The translations under genes and the position numbers were made by a program. DNA of 64,000 bases, from assembly GCA_000708835.1 (NCBI GenBank), contig DF237027.1:124001-188000 (forward strand), read 5' to 3'. This document shows, in pieces, positions 1 to 12,000 of the stretch (its first letter is position 1; each line of letters opens with the position of its first letter). This DNA is from Klebsormidium nitens. Its lineage: Eukaryota; Plantae; Klebsormidiophyceae. The notes below the pieces were generated by a model. It was not told where the DNA came from. It was given only the letters and a program-made list of their open reading frames with translations, and ran no database searches.

Positions 1-964
1 TTCTTATCTTCTTTATGATAAAAGGTGATCTTTGTTTGGCCTTTGTCTAGGCCTATCTGGGTTCAAACCCCAGCAAGATCACCTTTGCAGCCCTCTTCTT
101 ACACCTAGGTTTCTCATTTCCATGCCCCCTGTAGACTATTCCTGCTGCTGCTACCTGTGCAATGAGAAGTCGATCAATTCTGGCCAGCCATTGACGCTGT
201 GATTGAAGCTGTTCTCTGCAGTTTTGTCCGTGGTCTTCAGGGAAAAGGCCCGCAGCTTACCGAGTAGTAATTGTAACAGTGTCAAGAACGCATGACCATT
301 CTCTGCCTTGCCTTCAGTCCTTTCTCTCCTGCTCTAGTAAACAAAGCTTCTGCTTTAGATTTTTGAAGTGGCCCATTGGGCTGACTTCTTGTTGCAAGAA
401 TGTCGAGATCTTTCCATACGCACTCATCGGGCAATATCTGACAAGCGCTTGTTTAAATTTTGAAGCATAGGAGAAAGCTCTCTGAAACGTTGTCTTCCTG
501 ATCGTATTCTTCGTCAAGTCAATATTGCCTACCTTGACTGGGGGTAATAAACAGCACTTTCTTGTGTTTCTGGATGGAATGAAGCAGCTCGACCAACTTT
601 TTGAAAGTCTAGGCCATAAAACCACTGTCGTTTAGATCATCAGCTTGGCGCAAAAAATCCGTTGCTATTGTGTACGGAACAAATATTTTAAAAATTCACC
701 TCCCTTTCTTAAATTGCTTACCTCCTGCTGTCACTTGCAGATTTGTGGTCCAGTCAGCAAACGCCCGTTGCCTTTGAAGTTTCTGACTCCGCATTTGTAC
801 GCCTTGCTCTTCCTCCCCTAGAACAAATACGACATTCTTCCTCTGTTCATCACATTAGCAGCAATGAGTTCTTTAAAATTGTCTCCATTTACACCGGTAT
901 CACCTCAGAGTTTCCGTTTATGAAACCCCAACACTAACCCTCTCAAACCCCCTTCCGAGCTCAG

Positions 965-3900
965 GGAAGTAGCGTCCGAGCTCCAGAAGGCAGGTGCCCA
1001 GTGGATCCAGTTCGACGAGCCCATCCTAGTTACGGACGTCGACGCCCCGGTGCTGGACGCCCTCAAGACGGCATATGCCGCGATCGGAGCGGCCCTGGCG
1101 GGCGGCAAGACCCAGATTCTCATCGAAACCTACTTCGACTCGGTTAACGAAAATGCGTTCCAAACCCTGGTTAACATCCCGGAGGTTTCGGCAGTTGGCA
1201 TCGACCTGCAGCAGAAGCCGCGCAACCTTGAAACGCTGCGCAAGCACGGGCTGCCAGCTGGCAAGACCCTATTCGCCGGTGTCGTGGACGGGCGCAACGT
1301 GTGGGCCAACGACCTGAATGCGTCGCTCGAGGTGCTGCAGGAGTTGGAGGCCAAGATCGGGAAAGGTGAATTGTTTCTCAACATTCTGTGCATCAATCTG
1401 ATCTATTACCCATACTCAGTCGACCTTCTGACATTTACCCAGTCTTTGCAAACTCTATCTTTCAAATTCATAGTCTTGTTGTGTCCGGTTCGTTAGACTG
1501 GAATCGTGCTCTCTACACAGGAGCTCTGCCCATTTTGACTGGTCATGTTCTGGATCCGTCATCGATTTCACCGGACGACACAGTCTTCTTCTCATTCGAT
1601 CTCAAACCGTGCTCGACCTTTGTCCAAGTACTTGTAAGACGTCAGCCATCCCAGCATTTAGAAGCTGACTTTATTGATCAACTTTTTCAGAGGCGATTGT
1701 GCTATCGATCTTCTGCGTGATTCCTCTTATGTTCGGCTTAGACGAGAAGATGGCCCTCAATTCCCATTCTGTCTGCTTCTCGCGTTACCTGACGTTTGCA
1801 AGGCCTCACAAATGAACACCACATATTTCAGGAACAACTATTTCTATTCGCGCCGTCAATCTTGGTTATGAAACAGCTTGCGAGTCTCGGACTGCAGTTG
1901 ACTTGCTCCTTCAGACATCGCAATCAAGTATCATAGGCTGCTTCAGCTTCTCGCAATGCCCGTTGCCATTCTCTGCAATTCCACCGCCTTTGTAACTGTC
2001 CCGCTCCCTCCGCTCAGCTCGTTCGATGTACTTAGGGCGCTGCCCCTTTGCAAGAAACCGCTTCTCTGCGGTTTTGATGTCTAGCGCTGATACCGTCATT
2101 TCTTCCCAGCTCTTTGGTGCACGCCCCTTTCTGAGTGCGACAAGAAGACCGCTTGAAATGGCAGTTGAGGTTGCACTTACTTAGGTAACAACACGGGTTA
2201 AAAGCTGACGTCACTTCGCAGGTGGTCCTCCAGCCGCAATCGGTCATCATCGTCCTGCTTCTTCACACCGTCGCAAACCCAATGAAAAAGAGACGGCCCT
2301 TGTCCTCGAACTTGTCATCAACATGTTCTGACCGATGCGATCTGGACTACGTCAGCTGACGCTTCCGCTGACATCATCTCTGCTCAAGATTTGTGGTCGT
2401 CTCCGTCTTCCTCCTTCCCTGCACAATCTGGGACGACGAGACCCCCTTGGCCCTGATTTTAGTAAAGTGGTGTAAGTTCGAATATAAGGGCTTGCTTACC
2501 ATTTTGCTGACGTCATCTCTTGCCAAGAAGTTAGTCGCCTCTACTCACTGCTGACTCCGCCACACCCCAGTCGACCTGGACGAGGAGATGGCTCTGGACC
2601 CCTGCTTAACGTTCACCACAATTTGTCGCCGAAGTTCACCTGTAACGTCAGCTTCACGCTTCTTCACTGACGTCATTCTATGATCGCCTGTCCAGGAAAC
2701 GTGGTCGTCTTCACTCCCTGCTTTCCAAATCCTGGTGGACCTTGACGAGGAGATTCCTTTGGACCAAAACAATCCTCGAAAAAGACTAAGCTTAGGCATC
2801 GATTTTAACGTCAGCGGACTTTCTTGCTGACGTCCTCTTTCCTCAGAAAACGTGGTCGTTTCCACGACCTGCGCTCTCCTTCACACCACGGTCGACCTCG
2901 AAGAGGAGACCGCGCTTTACCCCAAAGTTATCTCTGACCAGATTTTAAGCGGAGGCTTGGATTTGTACGTCAGCTAACAGTCTTGCTGACGTCATCTTTC
3001 CTCAGGAAACGTGGTCGTGTCCACGTCCTGCTCTCTCCTCCACACCCCGGTCGACCTCGACGAGGAGACCGCGCTCGACGCCGAGCTCCGGTCGTGGCTC
3101 GCGTTCGCGAAGCAGAAGGTGTCCGAAGTGGTAGTGCTCTCGGACGCTTTGGCCGGCAACAAAGATGTCCAAAAGTTTGGCGACAACGGCAAGGTGCTGG
3201 CCGGTCGGCGCGCCTCGGAGCGCGTGGTGAATGAGAACGTGCGCAAGGCGGTGAGTGGCTGCCGACTTTTCAGGGGATCCCTCAGCTTTGCTCGTGAGTC
3301 CTTTCTGTTTGATGGCCTTTCAGGGACAGCAGTCTTCGCCTCGATCTCGCTGTATACCTCTTCATCCGAGTTGTTCACCTTACCTGCAAGGCCCAGACTA
3401 AGGAATAGGTACCAGTTTCGGAAGAGGTAAGGTTGCAGATTGTTTTTGCTGAAAGTTCTGTTCATCCCACATAACTTCAATGAGAACGTGCGCAAGGTGG
3501 TGAGCGGATTCAACTTCTCCGGGAAGATCTCGGGTTGCGGCGTGAAGTTGTGAGTGCCTTTTTTGGAAAAGACACTGGTTGCATCCCCTCTGGAAGGACT
3601 GACTGTATTCTGTAAAGGTCGTGAGCATCGTTCGACTGTGTGTTTGCGGTTGCTTTGTCTGCGGCTTTAGAGAAACGGGACTTGTCTTGAGACCTCCAGA
3701 CAATCGCCGCTTACCACTCAGGGGCTGTCAGGAAACGACCCAAGTTTCGTGAAGAGTCCCTGAACTTCTTCGGAGGTGACTTTCGAGGTCCGAAACCCTT
3801 ACGAAAAGCGAATGGCTGCAACCGTTTGAACATTCGTGTTGCCTGCACCCCTCCCGGAAAGCTCAAAATCTTTCGAGTTGCCGAGAGAACCTCTGAAGCT

Positions 3901-6900
3901 TCCTAAGAGGTTTGCAAGAATTCTGCCACTGGCCGGACTCCGTGATTGCCGCCATCGAGTTCGAGCGCACTCTCAGTGAGTTGCTGTACTAAAAGAGCAC
4001 CAGACAACTCCTCACAAAGAAACTTCCTCTATTCTTTGATGACCCCTTCCTCGACTTCTACATGTGTCGTGCCGGTCGCCACGTCAGTTTGATCAAACTC
4101 CAGACCCTCCTGACAGAGCTCCCGAATTGCCTGAAAAGCCGGAACTACCAAACCCTTCCAACTTGTTCCAGGTTTCGTCGCTGACTGAGAACGACGACCC
4201 CCGCGCGACTCCCGTTCAAGAGTGCCTCGCGGCGCAGCAGGCGGTGCTGAAGCTGCCCCGTTTCACTTCCGCACGTTTGCAGAGTTCTGAAGTATTGTCA
4301 GATTTATACTCTGCTTACTTTATGCCAGGTTTCGGCTCTCACCGAGAACGACGGCCGCCGCGCAACTCCGGTCAAGGAGCGTCTCGCGGCGCAGCAGGCG
4401 GTGCTGAAGCTGCCCAGTTTCACTTACCGCNNNNNNNNNNNNNNNNNNNNNNNNNNNNNNNNNNNNNNNNNNNNNNNNNNNNNNNNNNNNNNNNNNNNNN
4501 NNNNNNNNNNNNNNNNNNNNNNNNNNNNNNNNNNNNNNNNNNNNNNNNNNNNNNNNNNNNNNNNNNNNNNNNNNNNNNNNNNNNNNNNNNNNNNNNNNNN
4601 NNNNNNNNNNNNNNNNNNNNNNNNNNNNNNNNNNNNNNNNNNNNNNNNNNNNNNNNNNNNNNNNNNNNNNNNNNNNNNNNNNNNNNNNNNNNNNNNNNNN
4701 NNNNNNNGCGGCGCAGCAGGCGGTGCTGAAGCTGCCTCTGCTTCCCACCACGACGATCGGGTCCTTTCCGCAGACGCCCGAGATCCGCCGGGTGCGCCGG
4801 GAGGTGAAGAGCGGAAAGTGAGCCCCTGCTGATGATCAAGTGCTCATTGCCATTTCTCTTGGACAACCAACTTTCTGCAACGTCACGAGAGCAATCAGGG
4901 ACAAACAGAAAGAGCAAAACCTTGAATATCCTGTTAAACCGTCCTCGCAAAAATAAGTTTCAAAGCAGGAGACCCGAGGCCTGAATTTTTTTTCGTTGAG
5001 TAGAGGGTCCTCACTTTTGTCCTGACGGGTCGTGCGCTTCCGTCACAAGTCTTGCGTATTTGTGTTTGACAGTTGAAGGCCAGAAAGAGAAACGCCGACA
5101 GGCTGAGAAGTTTCATTCCGTTCCCCGTTCCCTCTCATGCGACGACTCATGTCTTGCGCATGATGTCATAACCAAAAGGTCTCAAGTAAGCCAAACTTGG
5201 CCAGCTTCGCAAAGCTGACGTCACTCAACCTGCTGACGTCAGGATCTCGGAGGCGGACTACACGACGGCGATCAAGGCCGAGATCGAGAAGGTGATCCGT
5301 CTGCAGGAGGAGCTGGGCCTCGACGTGCTCGTGCACGGGGAGCCGGAGGTAAGGGCGGTTAACCAAGTTTAGCATTTCTGGGTTTGTTTGTTTGCTGGGT
5401 CTGGTTTCAGAGATAAGGTTATATCGAACCCTTTCGGGGTTCGAAGGGTTGAAAAGGCCTGGGCCTGGACGTGCTGATGCACCGGGAGCCGGAGGTAAGA
5501 GCTAAGCAAGTTTAACCAGGTTAACGTTCCTTGGTTTTTCAGTATGCTAGGTCTGTGTTTAGACGTCAGGTAGATACAAAGCCAGGGGTTCGAACATTTA
5601 CGTCTGGGCGAAAAGCCGAGCCAGAGTGCAAACTTTTGGGTCTGAAAACCGTGTGGGTTTATTTGCTCTCGGTTAGTATTGTATCCGAAAAACGTGCGGT
5701 AAGAAGAGCTAGGTGCTAGGAGCGGGAGCCAAAGGAGACATCGCCTTTTAGCTTTTTTTTCATGGGTCTGATCTACTGAATTACAGGATTCTTTAAACTG
5801 GAAAGAAGAGGTGAGACGTGCTTACGTGTGGCAAGCCTGGAGGCGGGGCCGGTTTTCAGCTTTTGAAGACACTGATTTGATGGCGGGTTCATTAGGGAAT
5901 TGCTGGCATGGCTTCGCTTGTACTTTTGCCAGGCACGCACACATCGGCTACTTTCGGATTTCTGCCGTTCCTCGTGAACTCAAATGTTACACCCTGCTTT
6001 TTGTTCTCAAATTTCAGATTGATTCGCTCTCTAACCCGACTCCTAACCCTGCAGCGCAACGAGTACTTCGTTGAGCAGCTCCGCGGGTTTGCCTTTTACC
6101 CTTGCTAGTCCCACGTATTTCGTTTTCAAAATTTTAAAAACCGATATTTCGGAGGTCTTTTCCCTTTAATATCGAAGTTACGCCCTCTAACCCGAAGCTT
6201 ACCCCCGCAGCGTGACGACATGGTCGAGTACTTCGGCGAGCAGCTCCGCGGCTTCGCCTTCACCCTTGCTAGGCTTACGTACCTTAGATTCCTCTGAAAC
6301 CGAGAATCCGAAGTCCCTTTTTCCTCCGAACTCTGTAGTCACGCCCTCTAACCCGAAGCTTAACCCCGCAGCGTAACGACATGGTCGAGTACTTTGGCGA
6401 GCAGCTCCGCGGCTTCGCCTTCACGCTCAACGGCTGGGTGCAGTCGTACGGCTCCCGCTGCGTCAAGCCGCCCATCATCTTCGGTGACGTCAGCAGGCCG
6501 AGCGCGATGACGTCAGCGTGGTCCGCGTACGCGCAGAGCCTGACGTCGGCGCCCGTGAAGGGCATGCTGACGGGGCCGGTGACGGTGCTCAACTGGTCCT
6601 TTGTGCGCGACGACCAGCCCAGGTGAGAGGGGGGGAAACGCGGCCTTAAATCTGCATCTTTTGCCTCATACTTCATGCTGTTGTTACGTGCCTGCCACTG
6701 ACGCTTGCAAAACTTCCTTTGTAGAGTTTGAAATCTAGGAGCCTTGAAGTAGTACGATCTTTTCATGGGTGCAGTTCCCGCCACTGTCCAGCGCCCATGC
6801 GCGAGCCAGCAACGCGGCTTGCTGCGGTAGGGGCTGAGACTGGGAAGTGTAGTTGAACCTCCTTGCACTGGCCATTCGCACTCGTCAAAACCACTTCCAT

Positions 6901-9008
6901 TCTCTTCCCCGCAGGAGCACAACGCGCCTGCAGCTCGCACTTGCACCCCTAATTAAGGTACTCAGTCTAAATTGAGCGAGGAAATGCATTCGACGAGGTC
7001 GCTCTCCACCTGCGACCTTCGAACTTCCTGAAATCAGAAATCCCTTTGCACCGGTTGCTCGTATCTCCCTTACTCATATCTCTCGGATCCCCAACCCCTT
7101 TACCTCGTTCCCCGCAGGTCGGAGACGTGCCTCCGACTGGCGCTTTCGAACCTTCATAAGGCGCTGTATCTAGAGCGGGCGGAATTTTTTCCACATTATT
7201 TGACGACCTCCTGAACCGCTAACTTTTGGTTATCAACTTCAACTCTTTAAACCCAATTTTCGTAGGTCTGAGACGTGCCTCCAGCTGGCGCTCGCGATCC
7301 GTGACGAGGTGCTGGATCTAGAGCGGGCGGGAATCAAAGTCACTCAGCTCACCGAGCGGGTTTCTCATCTCACATGCTGGAGCCCCTAGATTCGCAAACC
7401 TCCACACTAGGCGTTCAGTACATTACTAAACCTGCTAACGTTTTCGTCCTGTAACTTTCGCAGGTCCGAGACGTGCCTCCAGCTGGCGCTCGCGATCCGC
7501 GACGAGGTGCTGGATCTAGAGCGGGCGGGAATCACGATCATCCAGATCGACGAGGCCGCGCTGCGCGAGAAGCTCCCCCTGCACCGCTCCGAGTGGCAGA
7601 CCTACCTGGACTGGTCCGTCGGCTCCTTCCGCATCACCGCGTCGGGCGTGAAGGATACCACGCAGGTGAGGGGGGGGGGCGAACAGAGAAGTACCCTGTA
7701 ACATGAAAAACTAGTGCCATTGGTGCCGGTTCTGCAGTTTGAGCCGTCGGATGGCCAGGCTTCAAGATTTGGACGGTCCAGGAGTTGTATCTTTCCAAAC
7801 GGGGGGATGTCACGCAGCTGGGGGGAAAGGAACGAGGATATAGTTAAATCTGGCCTCATCCGGTTGCCTGTCGCCAATTCTTTATCGCATCGGTTTTGCG
7901 AGAGCTGTCCGATGGCCAAACCTTTGCACGTTGAACAATCCGCATGTCTCAATTGCCCGAGGAAGGGAGTCGGCTGCAGTCACATTACATAAGTTAAAAA
8001 GAGGAATGAGATGATCTTCCTGGTCTCTCCACATGCTTCCTTCATTCTCTCGAAAACAATCCTTCACTCACGAGGACCGGCCGCTGACGTCAGCCCCCGT
8101 GCGCTCCGCGCAGATCCACACCCACATGTGCTACAGCCAGTTCAATGACATCATGCCCGCCATCGTGGCCATGGACGCTGACGTCATCAGCATCGAGAGC
8201 AGCCGCTCCGACGAGCGCCTCCTGGCCGTGTTCCATTCCGGGGGGGTCAAGTACCCCGCAGGAATTGGCCCCGGAGTGTATGACATTCACTCCCCGCGCG
8301 TGCCGGACAATGCGGAGATCAGCGCGCGCGCGCGCAAGGTAGGGGGAGACTTGTTTGTTTCGTCATTCGCCGGAAGTGTCTTTGACTGATAGGGTTGAAA
8401 GCACTCTCAAAAGGCCGTGAACGCTACTCATACCGCTTTTCAGTTTGTAAAGCGTAGATCGGACAATTTAATTGGAGAAAATCTCGCAGATCGAGGCCAA
8501 ATCGTGGGAGGACCTCGGCTTCGGGAAGCAAGGTCTACGCGTTAGCGCGTGAAAACTTCGGATGTTAAAGAGACATTCGTGAGATTAAGCCGATCTGTCT
8601 TCCGTCCCGCAGTTTTGCCTTGGTGCTTTTCTCTGTGCTCCAGTACCCTCAGAATCATTCATGGCTCTGAATTTCTACCATTTGGACGCTACCCGTCTGC
8701 CTAACTTTTGGTAACAAACCTTAAAACGAGACAGCATCTGCCAGTCCGGGACCACGAGTTACCTCCCGTCAACTTCGCAGACGCAGGAGGTTTTGAAGGA
8801 CTGCCTCAGCCTCGGAGAGTTATCGAACTTCCCTAACCCTGTTTTTCAACCCTGCCAGATGCTGGAGGTCCTGGACGCTAACCAGCTGTGGGTTAACCCC
8901 GACTGCGGCCTCAAGACCCGCAAGTACGACGAGGTCGTGCCGGCGCTGGCCAGCATGGTGACCGCTGCCAAGGAAGTGCGCGCCGAGCTGGCCGCGAAGA
9001 GCGCCTAA
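965..9008 (+). CDS. metE: Cobalamin-independent methionine synthase, 5'-truncated by the window. Exons 965-1365, 3006-3250, (start in gap)-4817, 5243-5348, 6372-6622, 7464-7665, 8114-8338, 8859-9008
   Basis: Spliced translation gives the family motifs [125 protein letters not shown] and [11 protein letters not shown]. All visible junctions are GT-AG and phase-compatible. Stop TAA at 9006-9008. Confidence 0.97.
2200..3005 (+). repeat. Five degenerate tandem copies of branch point + acceptor + 5' part of metE exon 3006, inside the upstream intron
   Basis: CTGAC-type branch motifs at ~2205, 2368, 2507, 2667 and 2827 (true one 2986). Each is followed by a decayed version of 'gaaacgtggtcgtgtccacgtcctgctctctcctccacaccccggtcgacctcgacgaggagaccgcg'. 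Spacing 139-163 bp. Confidence 0.85.
4150..4430 (+). repeat. Two tandem copies of acceptor + 5' part of the metE exon encoding [29 protein letters not shown]
   Basis: Exon-like starts at 4172 and 4329 (157 bp apart). 'gcggcgcagcaggcggtgctgaagctgcc' occurs at 4229, 4386 and 4708 (the real exon). Confidence 0.85.
4431..4707. other. Assembly gap (277 N) within a tandem repeat array, covering the start of a metE exon
   Basis: Run of N flanked on both sides by the same repeat unit. Confidence 0.99.
6025..6371 (+). repeat. Two degenerate copies of acceptor + 5' part of metE exon 6372 ([18 protein letters not shown])
   Basis: Exon-like starts at 6055 and 6211, real start 6372 (spacing 156 and 161 bp). 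Both copies diverge into 'cccttgctag'. The farther copy has a 9-nt deletion. Confidence 0.9.
7095..7463 (+). repeat. Two degenerate copies of acceptor + 5' part of metE exon 7464 ([22 protein letters not shown])
   Basis: Exon-like starts at 7118 and 7266, real start 7464. The nearer copy is almost identical for ~70 nt and the farther copy is more decayed. Confidence 0.9.
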
Positions 9009-12000
9009 GGGTTTGCATGGCGGTTTAGGCGCGGGCAGGAGCAGCCGCGAGCAGGGGAGTGGCAAGAAGAGCACCGAAAAGTTGAGGGATTTGTGCACCG
9101 GATGGAACGGCCGTGGGTTTGGTGGGAGATGAAAGTGGGTGGCGAGATGGGCGCAAAGAGCGCTGTGAGTTTGAGAATCTAAGCGCAGGGAGGAGCAGCT
9201 GCGAGCCAAGATTTAAATGGCAAGAGTGCGTGTTTTGCGATTAGGGTTTTGTGATTTTCAGCCCGGTGAAGCGGCTCCGAGCGCAATTTGAGAGCTTTTC
9301 GCACTAAGCGAGATAGGGGTGCCGAGATGGAAGGCCGGGTAGAGCGGCTGCGAAGCGGGGAGCGCGCTCTGCCTTCGGGCATTTAGATCTGGCATGCCCG
9401 AGTAGGTTTGGCGTTTTCGAAGTCGGCAGGAGACAAGGACAGAGACAATTGCAATTAGGTTCCACTTTGCGAGATGGTTGACAGCGAATGAAAGGATCTC
9501 ATCGTAGGATGTTTGGAAGCCGAGAAGAACAATGCTACCTATGTGCAACGCCATTGAGGATCCAGACATCTACATATAAGTTCGCTGTTACTTTTGTTAG
9601 AAGCTCGTACACTTCCCGTCAAAACAACCATGCACTCCGCTAGTCTATTTTACTGAACGAAAGTTTTCGTCCTTCTCTAGTACGTTATCGTACAAGGCGG
9701 CCCTTTCCATCAGAGGCATCGCAGTTTGAAATTATATGTCATGCACCCTGTACCATGAATGTACGCTTCCGGGATCTCAACGTGGAATAATATAAGCATG
9801 AGTCGCGATGCATTGTCGGCCCTGAGTAAAGCTCATTGACTTTCTTGGATCGGAGCCTTCCGACAGCTCGTGTCTGATCCTAAGCTGAGTTTGAAAACGG
9901 ATGACCAGACCTGCAGCTGAACCAGTGAACTGCGTTGATCTGCAAGCATCATGCCAGCGCGTATGTTTGCACTTCATTTTCACATCAGTGCCAGCACAGG
10001 TTCTTTCCGTAGATCCCGAACTGGTGCGTATATAGTGACCAGCTGGCATGCCGGAGATCGCGACGAGGCGGCTGTACATGTATGCACAGAAGCATCTAGG
10101 AGGTTTTGCTGTTCAGAGAATCACATGCACGCGCAGCAACAAGGCGGCCTTTGCCAGCCCCCGACTTTGTACATGACAATGTACGTACGTTAGTACGAAG
10201 GCAGACTCGTCGTTCAAAACGAGACCGAATATAAACGGAAGCATTCCCCCTAAAAAACTCCCGGTGAAACTTTGCGGTCACTCTGACAAAAACCATGCAG
10301 ACGCGCCAGGACACGTACCATGCTTGACAATGATTGAAATCACGATCAGATATATTATCAACCATACGTCTCGCATTGCAAATCTGCATGCGAAGACGTT
10401 GATTAATTTCGACGTCGATGTAGTATCCGCAGCCGCTTGCGCAGCATCCACACTCCCGGCTTCGAACCTTACAGTGTTGTCGACATTCTGCCACTCTCGA
10501 AAGCGGGGCGGATAGTTTCTCGCAATCCTGGCCCAACCTTTATGCAGTAAGCTTTGCACCTGCAGCGTTTCCCGCGCTGTTGCCCTTGAAGAGCGGACTC
10601 GATAGCAGAGAAACTTTTTGATCGGAAACGGCGGCGCTGAGATGAGCATGAATGTTTCCGCGTCCCATGTTTCCGATCTGAATTGTCCACTCGCTTTATG
10701 CAGGTCAATAAGCTTGCCGTGTGCCAGCGGTGAAGCAGCTTTGAAAGCTGAGTGACACAACGTGGAAACGAGAGCCTGGACGCTGCGGAATACTACAAGG
10801 AGGTAGGGCAGAGCTTTGATCGTCCCAACTTTTTCTTGTAGTCCTAGAGTTCTGCATCGGCTGTAGTCCGCCTCCGGCTGTAGTCCGCTCGGCTTTCGAC
10901 TATGGGAACGATAGCTTGAAGCTGAAGGGCGCTCGCTCGATCGCCCGCGTCACTTCCCTTCGCTTGTCGCCGTTTTTCCACTCCGGGCGATCCATAAGTA
11001 ACTTCCGAAGCAGGTCAACAGCCGTCAACGCTCGCAAACATTGAAACATGGTGGTGCAGACGTAGTCTTTTTTGGATCTTATGTTGAGTTAGGCCTGCTA
11101 TGGTGAGTTTGATTAGTATTTTGAGTTCGAATTAAACAGACTAAAGTCTCTAAACTCAAATTTAACATCATGATGCTCCACACCCGTACCCACCCTCATT
11201 TTCCGAACCAACCCCACCCATCCCCCGGCCATGACCTAATAAAATAACGTAGTATTGAGACTACTCAGCATACGTGGTTTGCTGAAGAGGACACAATCCG
11301 ATTGGATGACCTGCTAGAGCCTGAAGTCATGGCTGTGTTTTGGCCATACAGTACCAAACAAGTAAGAGATTCAGAAATGAGGTTGCCTGGCGCGCTGTAA
11401 GAGGGCTTGGGAAGCTGTCCATTCTGCAAATTTGTATCCCGTTGTGGAGTACTAGTCGGCAACAGATATTGCTGCTTGTTCTGTCACCCGCTGGATCGAA
11501 AGCTGCTGTTGCTTTGGGTATGAATCCCAACGGCTGAGTTTGAGACCGCTTAGTGTTGCAATTAACGGGTAAAGCCAGAGTTTCTGCAGTCAGTGGACCT
11601 GCCCAGTACACGTAGTAAAACCGACGGGGAACTAGTTGCAAGCCTCAGAATATTACAACCCCTTGTACTAGTAACGACGGCCTAATATTGGTAGCGAGAA
11701 GAGTCTGCGCGCTGCATGCTGCATTCAGCAGGGACTTTACCCCGACCTTGAGTTCAAGCATCCAACTTGTACTTTCCAGCTGGATGTTTTAGTACACTCC
11801 AATTGCAGTGGTTTGCAGTGGTTTAATGCAGTGCCAAATCTGTAGCGGAGTGGTTTATAGCAGGACTGTGATTGGCAGACCCTGAGATACCATGACCATA
11901 TCAAAGTATCAAGACGTACCAAATTCCAATGCATACCGATGAATCAGAGGGACGCAGAGTTGCTCATGAGTATCCCGAATGTCAAGGTCGAGATAACCTG

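Noticed and set aside
1900-2330. Coding-looking minus-strand frames nested in the metE intron
   Set aside because: Short and stop-ridden. The 2200-2330 part is explained as the most decayed plus-strand echo of exon 3006.
5990-6370. ctaaccc motifs resembling telomeric repeats
   Set aside because: They are isolated CTAAC branch-point motifs before acceptors, not tandem telomere arrays.
2200-7463. CRISPR-like or satellite interpretation of the ~160-bp repeats
   Set aside because: The units are copies of adjacent exon/intron junctions, differ between introns, lack a repeat-spacer structure, and the context is eukaryotic.
10755-10806. Exon-like stretch (ESLDAAEYYKE|gtaggg)
   Set aside because: No convincing acceptor or partner exons.
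11327-11641. RRFYYVYWAG resembling a chromodomain start
   Set aside because: The rest of the chromodomain consensus is absent.
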